Shown here: positions 18,490-28,752 of the stretch, one piece after another | How positions within the stretch are numbered: the stretch's first letter is position 1 | Layout: every line of letters begins with the position of its first letter | Translations under genes and position numbers: made by a program | Assembly (NCBI GenBank): GCA_003139695.1 | Contig: PLJM01000028.1 | Coordinates: 1,573-65,572 of the forward strand | DNA from: Candidatus Dormiibacterota bacterium | Lineage (GTDB): Bacteria; Chloroflexota; Dormibacteria; Dormibacterales; Dormibacteraceae | Length of the DNA: 64,000 bases | Reading direction: 5' to 3' | The notes under the pieces: generated by a model | The model's database searches: none | What the model was told of the DNA's origin: nothing | The model's input: the letters and a program-made list of their open reading frames with translations, nothing else

Positions 18490-19187
18490 GCTTCCTTCTC
18501 CTTGTCCATAGGCCGCTGCGACAGATGCGCAGAGTGCCCACGCAGGCTACCTGTTGCGCGCGGCAGTGCTGAGATTTTCTTGCGCGGCGAAGCGTATTGC
18601 AAGCGGAGCACTGCGATCAGCGCCAGCGCGGCCGCGAGCCTGTCTCGATTTGCCGAATCGTTGAGCCAGCGGCTCGTGCCCGAAGGATGCGGCAGCGGAA
18701 CGATCACAGGCCGTTCCCCGAACCGATTCCCGACGCGATCCTCGAGGGAGCCGGGACCAAGGAACCGATTGATAGCCATCTGGCCGACTGGAATCACGAC
18801 CTTTGGTTTTAGAATTCGCAGCTCCGCATCGAGCCAGTGGGCGCAGTTGGCGATGGCGGACGCGGGCGGCCGGAGATCGCCGGTGCCGGTCGCGTTCCGT
18901 CCCGGAAAGCAGCGCATCAGCGCTGCGATGTAGGTGAGGCTGCGGAAGTCTTCAGCGCCGGCGAAGCCGGCGCGAAGCATCCAGCGGTCGAGCTCCTTGC
19001 CGGCGCGACCATCGAAAGGACGCCGGGACACTCGTTCGGTGGGACCTGGTGCCTGGCCGACCAGCATGAACGGCGCACCCCATTGACCCGAGAAGGTCGG
19101 ATTCGCCTCGGGGATGATGCCGTCGCCGACGCACTTGTGGCAAGCGCGGCAGGCCGCTTGATGCGCAAGCAGGGTGGCTGGACTCAT
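18486..19187 (-). CDS. uracil-DNA glycosylase superfamily protein (family 4/5-like)
   Basis: CRACHKC ... LVGQAPGPTE...PFDGRAGKEL motif. 233 aa. Confidence 0.75.
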   Translation of the reverse strand: MSPATLLAHQAACRACHKCVGDGIIPEANPTFSGQWGAPFMLVGQAPGPTERVSRRPFDGRAGKELDRWMLRAGFAGAEDFRSLTYIAALMRCFPGRNATGTGDLRPPASAIANCAHWLDAELRILKPKVVIPVGQMAINRFLGPGSLEDRVGNRFGERPVIVPLPHPSGTSRWLNDSANRDRLAAALALIAVLRLQYASPRKKISALPRATGSLRGHSAHLSQRPMDKEKEA

Positions 19188-19253
19188 GCCAGCTCGAAGT
19201 TAACAGGCAGGGTTGTCCAACCGGAGCGAGTGCCTGGGTATCGGTAACATGCG

Positions 19254-20339
<1,086 letters not shown>

Positions 20340-20350
20340 GAGTCGGCGCA

Positions 20351-20713
20351 CTGCAAGACCCCGACCCGTTTCCAGTCAACGTCGACGCCGACCGCGAACG
20401 CAATGTGATGGACGTGGTTTGGGAGGACGCCCACCGCAGCACCTACTCGGGGGAGCGGCTCCGCTGGGCGTGCCCCTGTGCCGAGTGTCGTGGTGAGGCG
20501 GGCGCCCCGGGCCGCCTGTCGCGCGTCAAGAACCTCGCTCCAGAGGAGCTTCGACTTCAGGACGTGAGCCTCATCGGCCAGTACGCGTTGCAGATCGCAT
20601 TTCAGAGCGGCCACGCCACCGGGCTCTATACCTTCTCGCTGCTACGCCGGCTCTGTGCCTGCGAGGAGTGCGCGGCCGATCGTAAATCCGATCTGGGGCC
20701 GGGTCCTCCGTGA
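20351..20713 (+). CDS. DUF971 family protein
   Basis: C-terminal part of the out-of-frame 19415..20713 track ORF. Contains VVWEDAHRSTYSGERLRWACPCAEC...GHATGLYTF. Start uncertain (CTG 20351, GTG 20405 or ATG 20408). Confidence 0.6.
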   Translation: MQDPDPFPVNVDADRERNVMDVVWEDAHRSTYSGERLRWACPCAECRGEAGAPGRLSRVKNLAPEELRLQDVSLIGQYALQIAFQSGHATGLYTFSLLRRLCACEECAADRKSDLGPGPP

Positions 20714-20747
20714 CATAATTCCCCTCCGGCCCGTTTTCCTTACGCCC

Positions 20748-22310
20748 TTGCAAGAGACCCAGCCCTCGCCACCACCGGCCGCAGCCTTGCGGCGACCCCG
20801 ACGAAAGGGGCTCGCCAGTCGAGGTTGGATCCCCATTGCGGCGGCCCTTGCGGTTCTTCTCAGTGCCGCGGGCGGTTTCGTCGCCTATGCCAACACCCTG
20901 CCGACGTCCGTCAGCCTCAACCTCAAGGATGGCCAGACCAACGTCGCCACCGATACGCAGCTGGACTTCAAGTTCTCCAGGCCCGTCGGTATGGCCACAT
21001 TGCAATCAGCCCTGAACGTCGCCCCTGCGATGGCCGGGACCTTGCGGGCCCTTTCCGGGCAGACCGACTATGCATGGTCGCCATCAGGATTTTTCGCCCC
21101 GCTGACCACCTACACGGTCACTCTTAAATCGCTCACCGATCTTGGTCTCCACCCGCTGAAGGCGACGGCATGGACCTTCACGACAACCATCGAGCCTCGT
21201 GTCGCATCGGTCACGTCGGGCAGTACGACGATCAGCGACGGCGGCGAGATCGACCCGGGCTCGCTGCTCCAGCTCAATTTCAATGACGCGATGGACCCCA
21301 GCACCGTCAACGTCACCACTGGCACGAAGGTTCTTGCTCTGAAGTGGGCGACGGATGACCGGAGCGCAACGATCGCGACCAAGGGCATCCCATCGGGCCC
21401 ACTGGTGATCCAGCTCGCCGCAGGCGCTATCGATCAGACCGGACACCCCATGTCCACGGCTTTCACGTTGCTCACCGGCATCTACTACCACGATCACGAG
21501 ACGACCACAGCCCTCAAGTACCCGGCTCTGATCCAGATCCCGAACGATTACTACGCACGCGACCAGAACGGCCTGCAGGCGGCCAGCCTCGTGTTCGAGT
21601 ACTTGGCCGAGGGCGGAATCACCCGCCTCACCGCCATCTTCCAGCACGCGCCAAAGGTCATCGGTCCGATGCGCTCGAGCCGGTTCATCTCACTGAAGAT
21701 CGCCCGCCACTACAAGGGCCTGCTGTTCCAGTCGGGCGAGTCGCAGGCGACTCGAAGCCAGGCGGCCGGCGATCCAGTCCCGCAGTTCTTCGACACCATC
21801 GGCTACATGTATCGCACCGCGGCGCGAATCGCCCCGGACAACCTGATGATCAACGGCACGCTGGTCAAGAAGGCGGAGGCGAAATTCGGCATCGCAGCAT
21901 TCAATTTGCCGGAGGCACGCCAACCGCTGCCGGGCGGTGCGGCGGCGACCAAGGTGTCGGTGCCTGAGCACTATTCGACGTATGCCTACGACCGAACCTT
22001 CGGCACCTATCAGAAGACAGAGGAAGGACACCTGTATCGCGATGCCACCAGCCACCAGGTCGTGCGCATAGAGATGCTGATACTCCTGCACACGCAGGTG
22101 CAGCTGCTAAACGTCGGTGATGGCCATGGCTCTTACATTCATGACTACAACCTCGAATCGAGTGGCAAGATCGACGTCTATTACAAAGGCCACAGGTTTG
22201 CAGGCACCTGGACGTCAACGGGCGCACACAAACCGCTGACCTTCAAGCTCTCGAACGGCACTGTGCTGAGCATGCCGCCCGGGCTGGTCTGGGTCGACGT
22301 CGTCAGCTAG
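20748..22310 (+). CDS. DUF3048 (YerB-like) protein with N-terminal anchor and Ig-like domains
   Basis: One TM helix, then SbsA-Ig-like segments, then ARDQNGLQAASLVFEYLAEGGITRLTAIF...IGPMRSSR (DUF3048 core). Start uncertain (20655 GTG, 20748 or 20787 TTG). Confidence 0.7.
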   Translation: MQETQPSPPPAAALRRPRRKGLASRGWIPIAAALAVLLSAAGGFVAYANTLPTSVSLNLKDGQTNVATDTQLDFKFSRPVGMATLQSALNVAPAMAGTLRALSGQTDYAWSPSGFFAPLTTYTVTLKSLTDLGLHPLKATAWTFTTTIEPRVASVTSGSTTISDGGEIDPGSLLQLNFNDAMDPSTVNVTTGTKVLALKWATDDRSATIATKGIPSGPLVIQLAAGAIDQTGHPMSTAFTLLTGIYYHDHETTTALKYPALIQIPNDYYARDQNGLQAASLVFEYLAEGGITRLTAIFQHAPKVIGPMRSSRFISLKIARHYKGLLFQSGESQATRSQAAGDPVPQFFDTIGYMYRTAARIAPDNLMINGTLVKKAEAKFGIAAFNLPEARQPLPGGAAATKVSVPEHYSTYAYDRTFGTYQKTEEGHLYRDATSHQVVRIEMLILLHTQVQLLNVGDGHGSYIHDYNLESSGKIDVYYKGHRFAGTWTSTGAHKPLTFKLSNGTVLSMPPGLVWVDVVS

Positions 22311-22330
22311 CGTCTACGGCCGACACGGGA

Positions 22331-23260
22331 CTAGGCGCGTGCCGCGTCCTTCAGCGACGTCACATACATCGACGCAGCGACCGCTGCGGTCGTGCCATCA
22401 CCGACGGCGGTCGCGATCTGCTTGGTCAGCTGCGCACGCACATCGCCGACGGCCCAGATGCCTTCCACCGACGTCTGGAGGTCGCGTCCAGTAAGGATGT
22501 AACCCGCCTCGTCGTGGTCGACGTGCACCTTGAACAGCCCGGAGTTAGGGACAAAGCCGACGAAGATGAACACTCCGCCGACGTTGAGCTCCTTGGTCTG
22601 TCCGCCCTGCTCGTAGTGCACCGCGTGAACCTTCTCGGTCCCGCTGATCTCTTTCACCGCCGCCTCCAGGATGAAATCGATCTTTACGTTGGCGCGCGCA
22701 CGGTCTATGAGTATCGGCTGCGCTCGCAGCTCGTTCCGGCGGTGAATTATGTGGACCCTGGATGCGTACCTTGTGAGAAAGTCGCCCTCTTCGACCGCGG
22801 CGTCTCCCCCGCCGACGACGGCCAGCTCCTGACCCTTGAAGAAGGCGCCATCGCAAACCGCGCAGTAGCTGACGCCGCGGCCCCAGAACTCCTTCTCGCC
22901 CGGAATTCCCAGGTATCGCGGCAGGCCGCCCGCGGCCATGATCAGTGCAGGAGCCCTGAGCTCCTCCCCCGACTCCAGCCGGACGACCTTGGTATTGCCT
23001 TCGACATCGATCTCCAGAACGGGCTCGAAGTCGCGCACCTCGAGGCCGAACTTGCGCGCGTGGTCCCCCATCTTGGTCGCCAGCTCGGAGCCCAGGATGG
23101 TCTCGAAACCGGGATAGTCCTCGACCAGCTCGGTGTTCAACAGCTGGCCACCGAGAGCGCCCCTGTCGACCAGCACCGCTTTCAGATTCATCCGGGCCGT
23201 GTACAGGCCTGCAGCCAGGCCCGCCGGGCCGCCCCCCACGATGATGACGTCGTAATTCAT
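22331..23260 (-). CDS. trxB: thioredoxin-disulfide reductase
   Basis: DVIIVGGGPAGLAA, redox CAVCDG, VVGGGDAAVEE, HRRNELRA NADPH motif. 309 aa from the ATG at 23260. Confidence 0.9.
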   Translation of the reverse strand: MNYDVIIVGGGPAGLAAGLYTARMNLKAVLVDRGALGGQLLNTELVEDYPGFETILGSELATKMGDHARKFGLEVRDFEPVLEIDVEGNTKVVRLESGEELRAPALIMAAGGLPRYLGIPGEKEFWGRGVSYCAVCDGAFFKGQELAVVGGGDAAVEEGDFLTRYASRVHIIHRRNELRAQPILIDRARANVKIDFILEAAVKEISGTEKVHAVHYEQGGQTKELNVGGVFIFVGFVPNSGLFKVHVDHDEAGYILTGRDLQTSVEGIWAVGDVRAQLTKQIATAVGDGTTAAVAASMYVTSLKDAARA

Positions 23261-23297
23261 TGCACTGATTGGAAAGGGGCCGGCAGGGGCGGTATTC

Positions 23298-23585
23298 CTA
23301 CCCGTGCTTGAACTGGGCGCCATAGCCGCCACGCGGGCTGTGGCAGACGATGTTGTCAAAAGGGCACCCGATGGAGCAGGCGCCGCACTCGATGCAGTTG
23401 CCGAAGCTCACCAGGGTCTTCTTCTGCTCCTCGTTCCACTCGTAAACACCCGCCGGGCAGAAGTGGGTGCAGTACTTGCCCTCGCATTTGGTCCCGCAGA
23501 CCTCCTGGTCGATGATCTCGATGTGCGGCTTGCCGCTGTCCTCGTTGTACTTGACTGTGAACAGCTTGTCGGTGAGCTTTTCCAT
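23298..23585 (-). CDS. FixX-like ferredoxin
   Basis: 95 aa from the ATG at 23585. HIEIIDQEVCGTKC...CPAGVYEW...CIECGACSIGCP...PRGGYGAQFKHG matches the FixX pattern. ATGA overlap with the upstream M20 gene. Confidence 0.7.
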   Translation of the reverse strand: MEKLTDKLFTVKYNEDSGKPHIEIIDQEVCGTKCEGKYCTHFCPAGVYEWNEEQKKTLVSFGNCIECGACSIGCPFDNIVCHSPRGGYGAQFKHG

Positions 23586-24940
23586 CAGGCGCCGAACCGC
23601 TCCCAGACTCTGCACATGAGGCGGATCGCGTTGATGTAGTCCGCCGCGTGAATGTTCTCGTTCGGTGCGTGGACACGGTTGTCAGGGCGCCCGACGCCCA
23701 CCGGCAGCACCGTCGGGATGCCCAGGTCGGCAACCACCGGATGCATGGGTCCTGTCGCCTGCATGAACGGCCACAGAATCGGCTCGCCGTGCAGCTCGCG
23801 AACGCACTCGATCATGGCCTTGGCGACATCGGAGTCTGGGTCTGATCGGGCCGGCTTCTCGGAATCGCTCCAGACGATCTCGACCTTTTCGAAACCGTGC
23901 GAATCGAGGTGCTTGCGAAGGCTCTCCAGGACGTGGGCCGGCTCCTGGTTGGGGATGAGCCGGAAATCCAGCTTGGCGGTCACCTCTGCAGGGAGCACCG
24001 TCTTCGAACCGGGGCCCTGGTAGCCGATGGTGACGCCCGCGATATTGCAGGTCGGAGTGAACAGAAGCTGCTCGATGACGTTCTCGGGCTTGGGGTCGCG
24101 GACCAGGCGCTCGAAACCGACCAGCTGCTTTCGCTGCTCGACCTCGGGGTCGATCTTCGCCATCATCCGGCGGTCGGCCTCTGTCGGCGGGACCACGCCG
24201 TCGTAGAAACCTTCGATCCGGATGTTCATGTCCTGGTCGCGCAGGCTCGCGAGCGCTTCGATCAGATACATCGCGGCCGATGGGTAGATGGACGCGAGGC
24301 CGGAATGCTGGTCGAAGTTGAGAAACCGCACCCGCAGCTGCAGGTAGACCAGGCCGCGACAGCCGAACTGCAGGGTCGGCCGCCCAGACTCGTCAAACGA
24401 CGTTCCGGATTCCCACAGGCAACCGTCGGCGCTCAGCTTGCTCGAATGCTCGTGAGCGATCTTTTCGAAAGTCTTCGAGCCGATCTCCTCCTCGCCCTCG
24501 ATCAGGAACCGCAACGTCACGGGGATCGCGCCAACCTTCTTGAGCGTCTCCACCGCATGGATCCGGGCCATCACATCGGCCTTGTCGTCGGCGACTCCCC
24601 TGGCGATGATCCGGCCATCTTTCTCGGCCGGCTCGAACGGTTTCGAATCCCACAGCTCGATGGGGTCGACCGGCTGCACGTCGTAGTGCTGGTACAGGAG
24701 CAGCTTGCGACGGCCGGCGCCAGGCACCTCTGCGTAGAGCGCCGGCATCCCTCCAGCCTCCAGGGTCTCGACCCGATCGGTGAATCGGCCCAGTCGCTCG
24801 CCGAGCCAGTCCCGCGCCGGCTTCACTGCCTCGGCTCCGTGGTTTGAGATGCTGGGGAACGAGCAGAGCTCCTTCAGCTCCTCGACGAACCGCGCGCTGT
24901 TCTTCTGGATATACGCATCAACGGCGCTCGTTGAGATCAC
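23585..24940 (-). CDS. M20 family metallopeptidase (dipeptidase / ArgE-DapE-CPG2 family)
   Basis: 451 aa. LLLYQHYDVQPVDP, ARGVADDKA, EGEEEIGS motifs. Confidence 0.85.
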   Translation of the reverse strand: MISTSAVDAYIQKNSARFVEELKELCSFPSISNHGAEAVKPARDWLGERLGRFTDRVETLEAGGMPALYAEVPGAGRRKLLLYQHYDVQPVDPIELWDSKPFEPAEKDGRIIARGVADDKADVMARIHAVETLKKVGAIPVTLRFLIEGEEEIGSKTFEKIAHEHSSKLSADGCLWESGTSFDESGRPTLQFGCRGLVYLQLRVRFLNFDQHSGLASIYPSAAMYLIEALASLRDQDMNIRIEGFYDGVVPPTEADRRMMAKIDPEVEQRKQLVGFERLVRDPKPENVIEQLLFTPTCNIAGVTIGYQGPGSKTVLPAEVTAKLDFRLIPNQEPAHVLESLRKHLDSHGFEKVEIVWSDSEKPARSDPDSDVAKAMIECVRELHGEPILWPFMQATGPMHPVVADLGIPTVLPVGVGRPDNRVHAPNENIHAADYINAIRLMCRVWERFGA

Positions 24941-24973
24941 GGAGACATTGTTTCACCCGCGTAACCTTGTCGT

Positions 24974-26650
24974 GTGAGCGAGAGTGAGGGCGAATTCCAC
25001 TTCTCGCCACGCCCAAATCGGGCGGACGAGATCAAGTGGCGCCCATGGTCGGAGAAGGCGTTCGACGAAGCGCGCCTCCTAAACCGTCCTATTCTTCTTT
25101 CCATATCAGCGGTCTGGTGCCACTGGTGCCACGTGATGGACGAGACCACCTACTCGCACGCAGGGGTGATCGACCTGATCAACCGCCAGTACCTGCCCAT
25201 CCGGGTCGACAACGACGTACGGCCCGACATCAACCAGCGGTACAACATGGGGGGCTGGCCAACCACGGCTTTCCTCACGTCTTCGGGCGACATTCTCACG
25301 GGCGCCACGTACTTGCCACCGGATCAGATGGTCGACGCCCTGATGCGGATTTCGAGCTATAACAGCAGCCACCAGGCGGAGATCGCCACCCGAGCTCTCG
25401 AGTCGCGGAAACGAGCTGCATCGGGCGTCGCGCGCAGCGCCGGCGAGCTTGACGAGAGCATTGTCGATTCGATTCTCGAAGCCGTCACGAACGCTTACGA
25501 CCCCGAGTACGGCGGTTTCGGCAACGCGCCCAAGTTTCCGCAAACCGAGGCCCTCGTCTTATTGCTGGAGCAAGCCCAGGTGCGCGCGGATCCAACGCTA
25601 CGCCAGATGGCAATCAACTCGCTGGAACACATGGCAGGCGGTGGCACTTACGACCACGTCGAAGGTGGATTCTTCCGCTATTCGACGACGCAGGACTGGA
25701 GCGTGCCCCATTTCGAGAAAATGCTGGAGGATCACGCTGGCCTGATCAGCGCCGTGGCCCTGGCCGGGCTCGACGATATCCTCGATGCGACTACTGGCTA
25801 TCTGGACACTGTCCTGCGCGACCCGACGACTGGTTTGTACGCAGGCAGCCAGGACGCCGACGAGCACTACTACTCGCTCGGCGCCGATGAGCGCAGGCCC
25901 GACAATGCTCCTTACGTCGACCGTCGCGTTTATACGTCGTGGAATGCAGCGCTGGCGGTCGCTTACCTCGAAGCGGCTGTCCTACGCAACCGTCCAAAAC
26001 TTCGCGTGCATGCTGCAAAGCTGCTCGATCAGCTCTTCCACGATAGGTACCGGGCCGGGCACGGCCTGACCCACACGGAGGGCGCAGGCGGGCAGCTCGG
26101 AGACCAGGTCTGGGGACTCCTCGCCGCGGTGCGCGCACACCAGGCAGGCCTTGGGGACGGCTGGCTCCCGATCGCCATGGACCTCGCGCAACACCTCGAA
26201 GATGCGTACGCAGACCACGAGCTGGGCGGATATTTCGACCACGTGGCCGAGCGACTCGGCCGCCTGGGTGATCCCATCAAGCCACTCGGAGAGAATTCGA
26301 TTGCGGCCATGGCACTGGGTGAGCTGGACACTCTGTCCGGCCAGCCCGACATGCCGTGCACGCAGCGAGCTCGCCGCGCCCTTGAATCCGTGGCGGGTTT
26401 GCCTGCTCAGTACGGCCTGATGGCCGCTGCCTTCGCTCGGGCGCTGGATCGTCAGCGGAAAGCGATCAAGGTGAGCAGCGGAAACGCGGAGTTGGTGCGT
26501 GCGGCACGGCTGGCGCATCCGTACGCGGTGATCGACCCCAATGAGGATGGTCGCGCCATGGTGTGCGTGGGGACCATATGCTTGGCGCCGGTGTCTACGC
26601 CCGCCGCGCTCGAGGCAGCACTCCAGGAAGCCTCGAAAGCGCGTGCCTGA
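24974..26650 (+). CDS. thioredoxin-domain protein, DUF255 / YyaL (SSP411) family
   Basis: W..W..AF..A......PILLSISAVWCHWCHVM N-terminus and a six-hairpin-like C-terminus. 558 aa. Confidence 0.85.
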   Translation: MSESEGEFHFSPRPNRADEIKWRPWSEKAFDEARLLNRPILLSISAVWCHWCHVMDETTYSHAGVIDLINRQYLPIRVDNDVRPDINQRYNMGGWPTTAFLTSSGDILTGATYLPPDQMVDALMRISSYNSSHQAEIATRALESRKRAASGVARSAGELDESIVDSILEAVTNAYDPEYGGFGNAPKFPQTEALVLLLEQAQVRADPTLRQMAINSLEHMAGGGTYDHVEGGFFRYSTTQDWSVPHFEKMLEDHAGLISAVALAGLDDILDATTGYLDTVLRDPTTGLYAGSQDADEHYYSLGADERRPDNAPYVDRRVYTSWNAALAVAYLEAAVLRNRPKLRVHAAKLLDQLFHDRYRAGHGLTHTEGAGGQLGDQVWGLLAAVRAHQAGLGDGWLPIAMDLAQHLEDAYADHELGGYFDHVAERLGRLGDPIKPLGENSIAAMALGELDTLSGQPDMPCTQRARRALESVAGLPAQYGLMAAAFARALDRQRKAIKVSSGNAELVRAARLAHPYAVIDPNEDGRAMVCVGTICLAPVSTPAALEAALQEASKARA

Positions 26651-28739
26651 GAGCCGGCGCCACTTCTCGAGGCGCGTCGACAAGGCTCTCGACAATCCCA
26701 GCCTGCAGCAAGCCCTGACCAGCGGACTGACCGGGATTCGCGCGCGCCGCGATCGCGCGTTCGAGAGCTTCGATTTCGAGAAAGGGCGGGCGGAGCTCAA
26801 GCAGCGCCGGCGGGCCAATCTCGACGACCTGCCCGAGCTGGCGGACCAGTTCAAGCAGCGGATGGAAGCGGCAGGGGGCGTCGTCCATTACGCAAAGGAC
26901 GCGGCGGAGGCGCGCGAGATCATCGGCCAAATCTGCTTGCAGGCCGGCGCTGCAGCTTCGCGCGGCGCCGAAGGCCGGATGGTGGTCACCAAGGTCAAGT
27001 CGATGGCCAGCGAGGAGATCGAGCTCAACCCCTACCTGGAAGGGCTTGGCATGGAGGTGGTCGAGACGGACCTCGGCGAGCGAATGGTCCAGCTCACCCA
27101 CACGCATCCGTCGCACTTGATCGCGCCCGCTATCCACCTGACCAAAGAGGACGCGGCTTCCGTCTTCGGCACCGAGGCCACCGTCGACGCCATCCAGCTA
27201 CACGCCCGTGAATCGCTCCGGTCTAAGTTCATCGAAGCGACTGTCGGCATCAGCGGAGCCAACATGGCAATCGCGGAGACGGGAACTGTCGTCATCGTCA
27301 CCAACGAGGGCAACGCCGACCTCACGACGACGCTACCACCGGTGCACATAGCGTTGTTCGGGTTCGACAAGCTGGTGGCGACCCTGGAGGACGCGGTCGC
27401 GGTTCTGCGCATGCTGCCGCGCAGCGGTACCGGTCAGATCATGACCAGCTACGTCAACTGGATCACGGGGCCGTCCCGATCGGCAGACATCGAACAGTCG
27501 CTGACGATCGGGGTACATGGGCCACGCGAGATGCATTGCGTGATCCTGGACAACGGGCGCACGGAGATGCTCGCCGATCCGATTTTCCGCGACGCCCTCA
27601 CCTGCATCCGCTGCGGCGCGTGCTCCAATGCCTGCCCGCCGTTCATGGCGGTGGGAGGCCATCAGTTCGGCCACATCTACAACGGACCGATCGGGCTCGT
27701 CCTCACCCCTTTCCACCACGGCATCGACAAGGCCGATCTGCCGAACACCCTCTGCACCCAATGCAATGCGTGCCAGGACATCTGCCCGGTGGACATCCCG
27801 CTGCCGCGCCAGATCCTCGAGCACCGGCGCCAGGGCCGCAAGTCGCTTCGGAAGAAGGTGCTAACCAGCGTCTGGGAGCGGCCGGGCCTCGCCGACGGTC
27901 TGCTGCGTGCAGGCGCCCCCTTCAGCCGCTTCGTGCCGGGGGCGCCGCCGCTGGCCCGGGTCCCTTTCCGCGACCGTTCCGACCGGGCGGCCGCCAATGG
28001 CCAGGGTGGCGAGCCGCTCACGATATTCGCCTCCTGCATGGTCGACAGGATGCTGCCAGAGGCAGCAGTCGCCCTACGACAAATCGCTGACGCGGCAGGC
28101 TACAGGGTTGGGTTTCCCAAGGCTCAGTGGTGCTGCGGCCTGATCGCCGCCAATGCAGGGGACTTCTCTGGAGGGGCCGAACTGCATAGCAGCCTCGCCG
28201 AAAGCCTTCGAGATTCCAAGGGTTTGATCGTGACCCCTTCGGCCTCGTGCTTTGGCGCGTTCACCATCGACGCGCCCGATTGGGGCGCTTCGCCCGAGGA
28301 GACTCTCCGCTCGCGCTTCCGGGACTCCACACGATTCGCCCTCGACCTGCTGACACAGCGGCCCGAGCTCGTGCGGGAGACCGGAACCGGCCTGAAGGTT
28401 GCCTACCACGACTCGTGCCAGACCCTGCGGCAGCTCGGTCTCAAGACCGAGCCGAGGCGGCTTCTCGGCCTGGCGGGCTACGAGGTGGTGGACATCCCGG
28501 ACATCGCCAACTGCTGCGGGTTCGGGGGCACATTCAGCCTCGATTGGCCCCGTGTGGCGAGCCGCCTGGCGGAGTGGAAGCTCGATGCGATCGCCAAAAC
28601 GGGCTGCACGGTCGTGGCTTCCGACAACCCGGGCTGCCTCATCCACATCGCCACCGCCGCCCGCAGCCGAGGCATCGAGCTTCGTGTCGCGCACGTGCTC
28701 GAGCTCGTGGCCGAGCGCCTGGCGGCATCGGCTCGGTAG
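26643..28739 (+). CDS. LutB-LutA fusion: LUD-domain/4Fe-4S protein fused to a CCG-domain Fe-S oxidoreductase
   Basis: LUD/DUF162 region (GISGANMAIAETGTVVIVTNEGN), two CxxCxxCxxxCP ferredoxin motifs, then two CCG-type motifs (CCG at WCCGL and CCGFGG). The GTG at 26643 overlaps the stop of the previous gene. Confidence 0.8.
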   Translation: MPESRRHFSRRVDKALDNPSLQQALTSGLTGIRARRDRAFESFDFEKGRAELKQRRRANLDDLPELADQFKQRMEAAGGVVHYAKDAAEAREIIGQICLQAGAAASRGAEGRMVVTKVKSMASEEIELNPYLEGLGMEVVETDLGERMVQLTHTHPSHLIAPAIHLTKEDAASVFGTEATVDAIQLHARESLRSKFIEATVGISGANMAIAETGTVVIVTNEGNADLTTTLPPVHIALFGFDKLVATLEDAVAVLRMLPRSGTGQIMTSYVNWITGPSRSADIEQSLTIGVHGPREMHCVILDNGRTEMLADPIFRDALTCIRCGACSNACPPFMAVGGHQFGHIYNGPIGLVLTPFHHGIDKADLPNTLCTQCNACQDICPVDIPLPRQILEHRRQGRKSLRKKVLTSVWERPGLADGLLRAGAPFSRFVPGAPPLARVPFRDRSDRAAANGQGGEPLTIFASCMVDRMLPEAAVALRQIADAAGYRVGFPKAQWCCGLIAANAGDFSGGAELHSSLAESLRDSKGLIVTPSASCFGAFTIDAPDWGASPEETLRSRFRDSTRFALDLLTQRPELVRETGTGLKVAYHDSCQTLRQLGLKTEPRRLLGLAGYEVVDIPDIANCCGFGGTFSLDWPRVASRLAEWKLDAIAKTGCTVVASDNPGCLIHIATAARSRGIELRVAHVLELVAERLAASAR

Positions 28740-28752
28740 GGTTAGTCACCTG

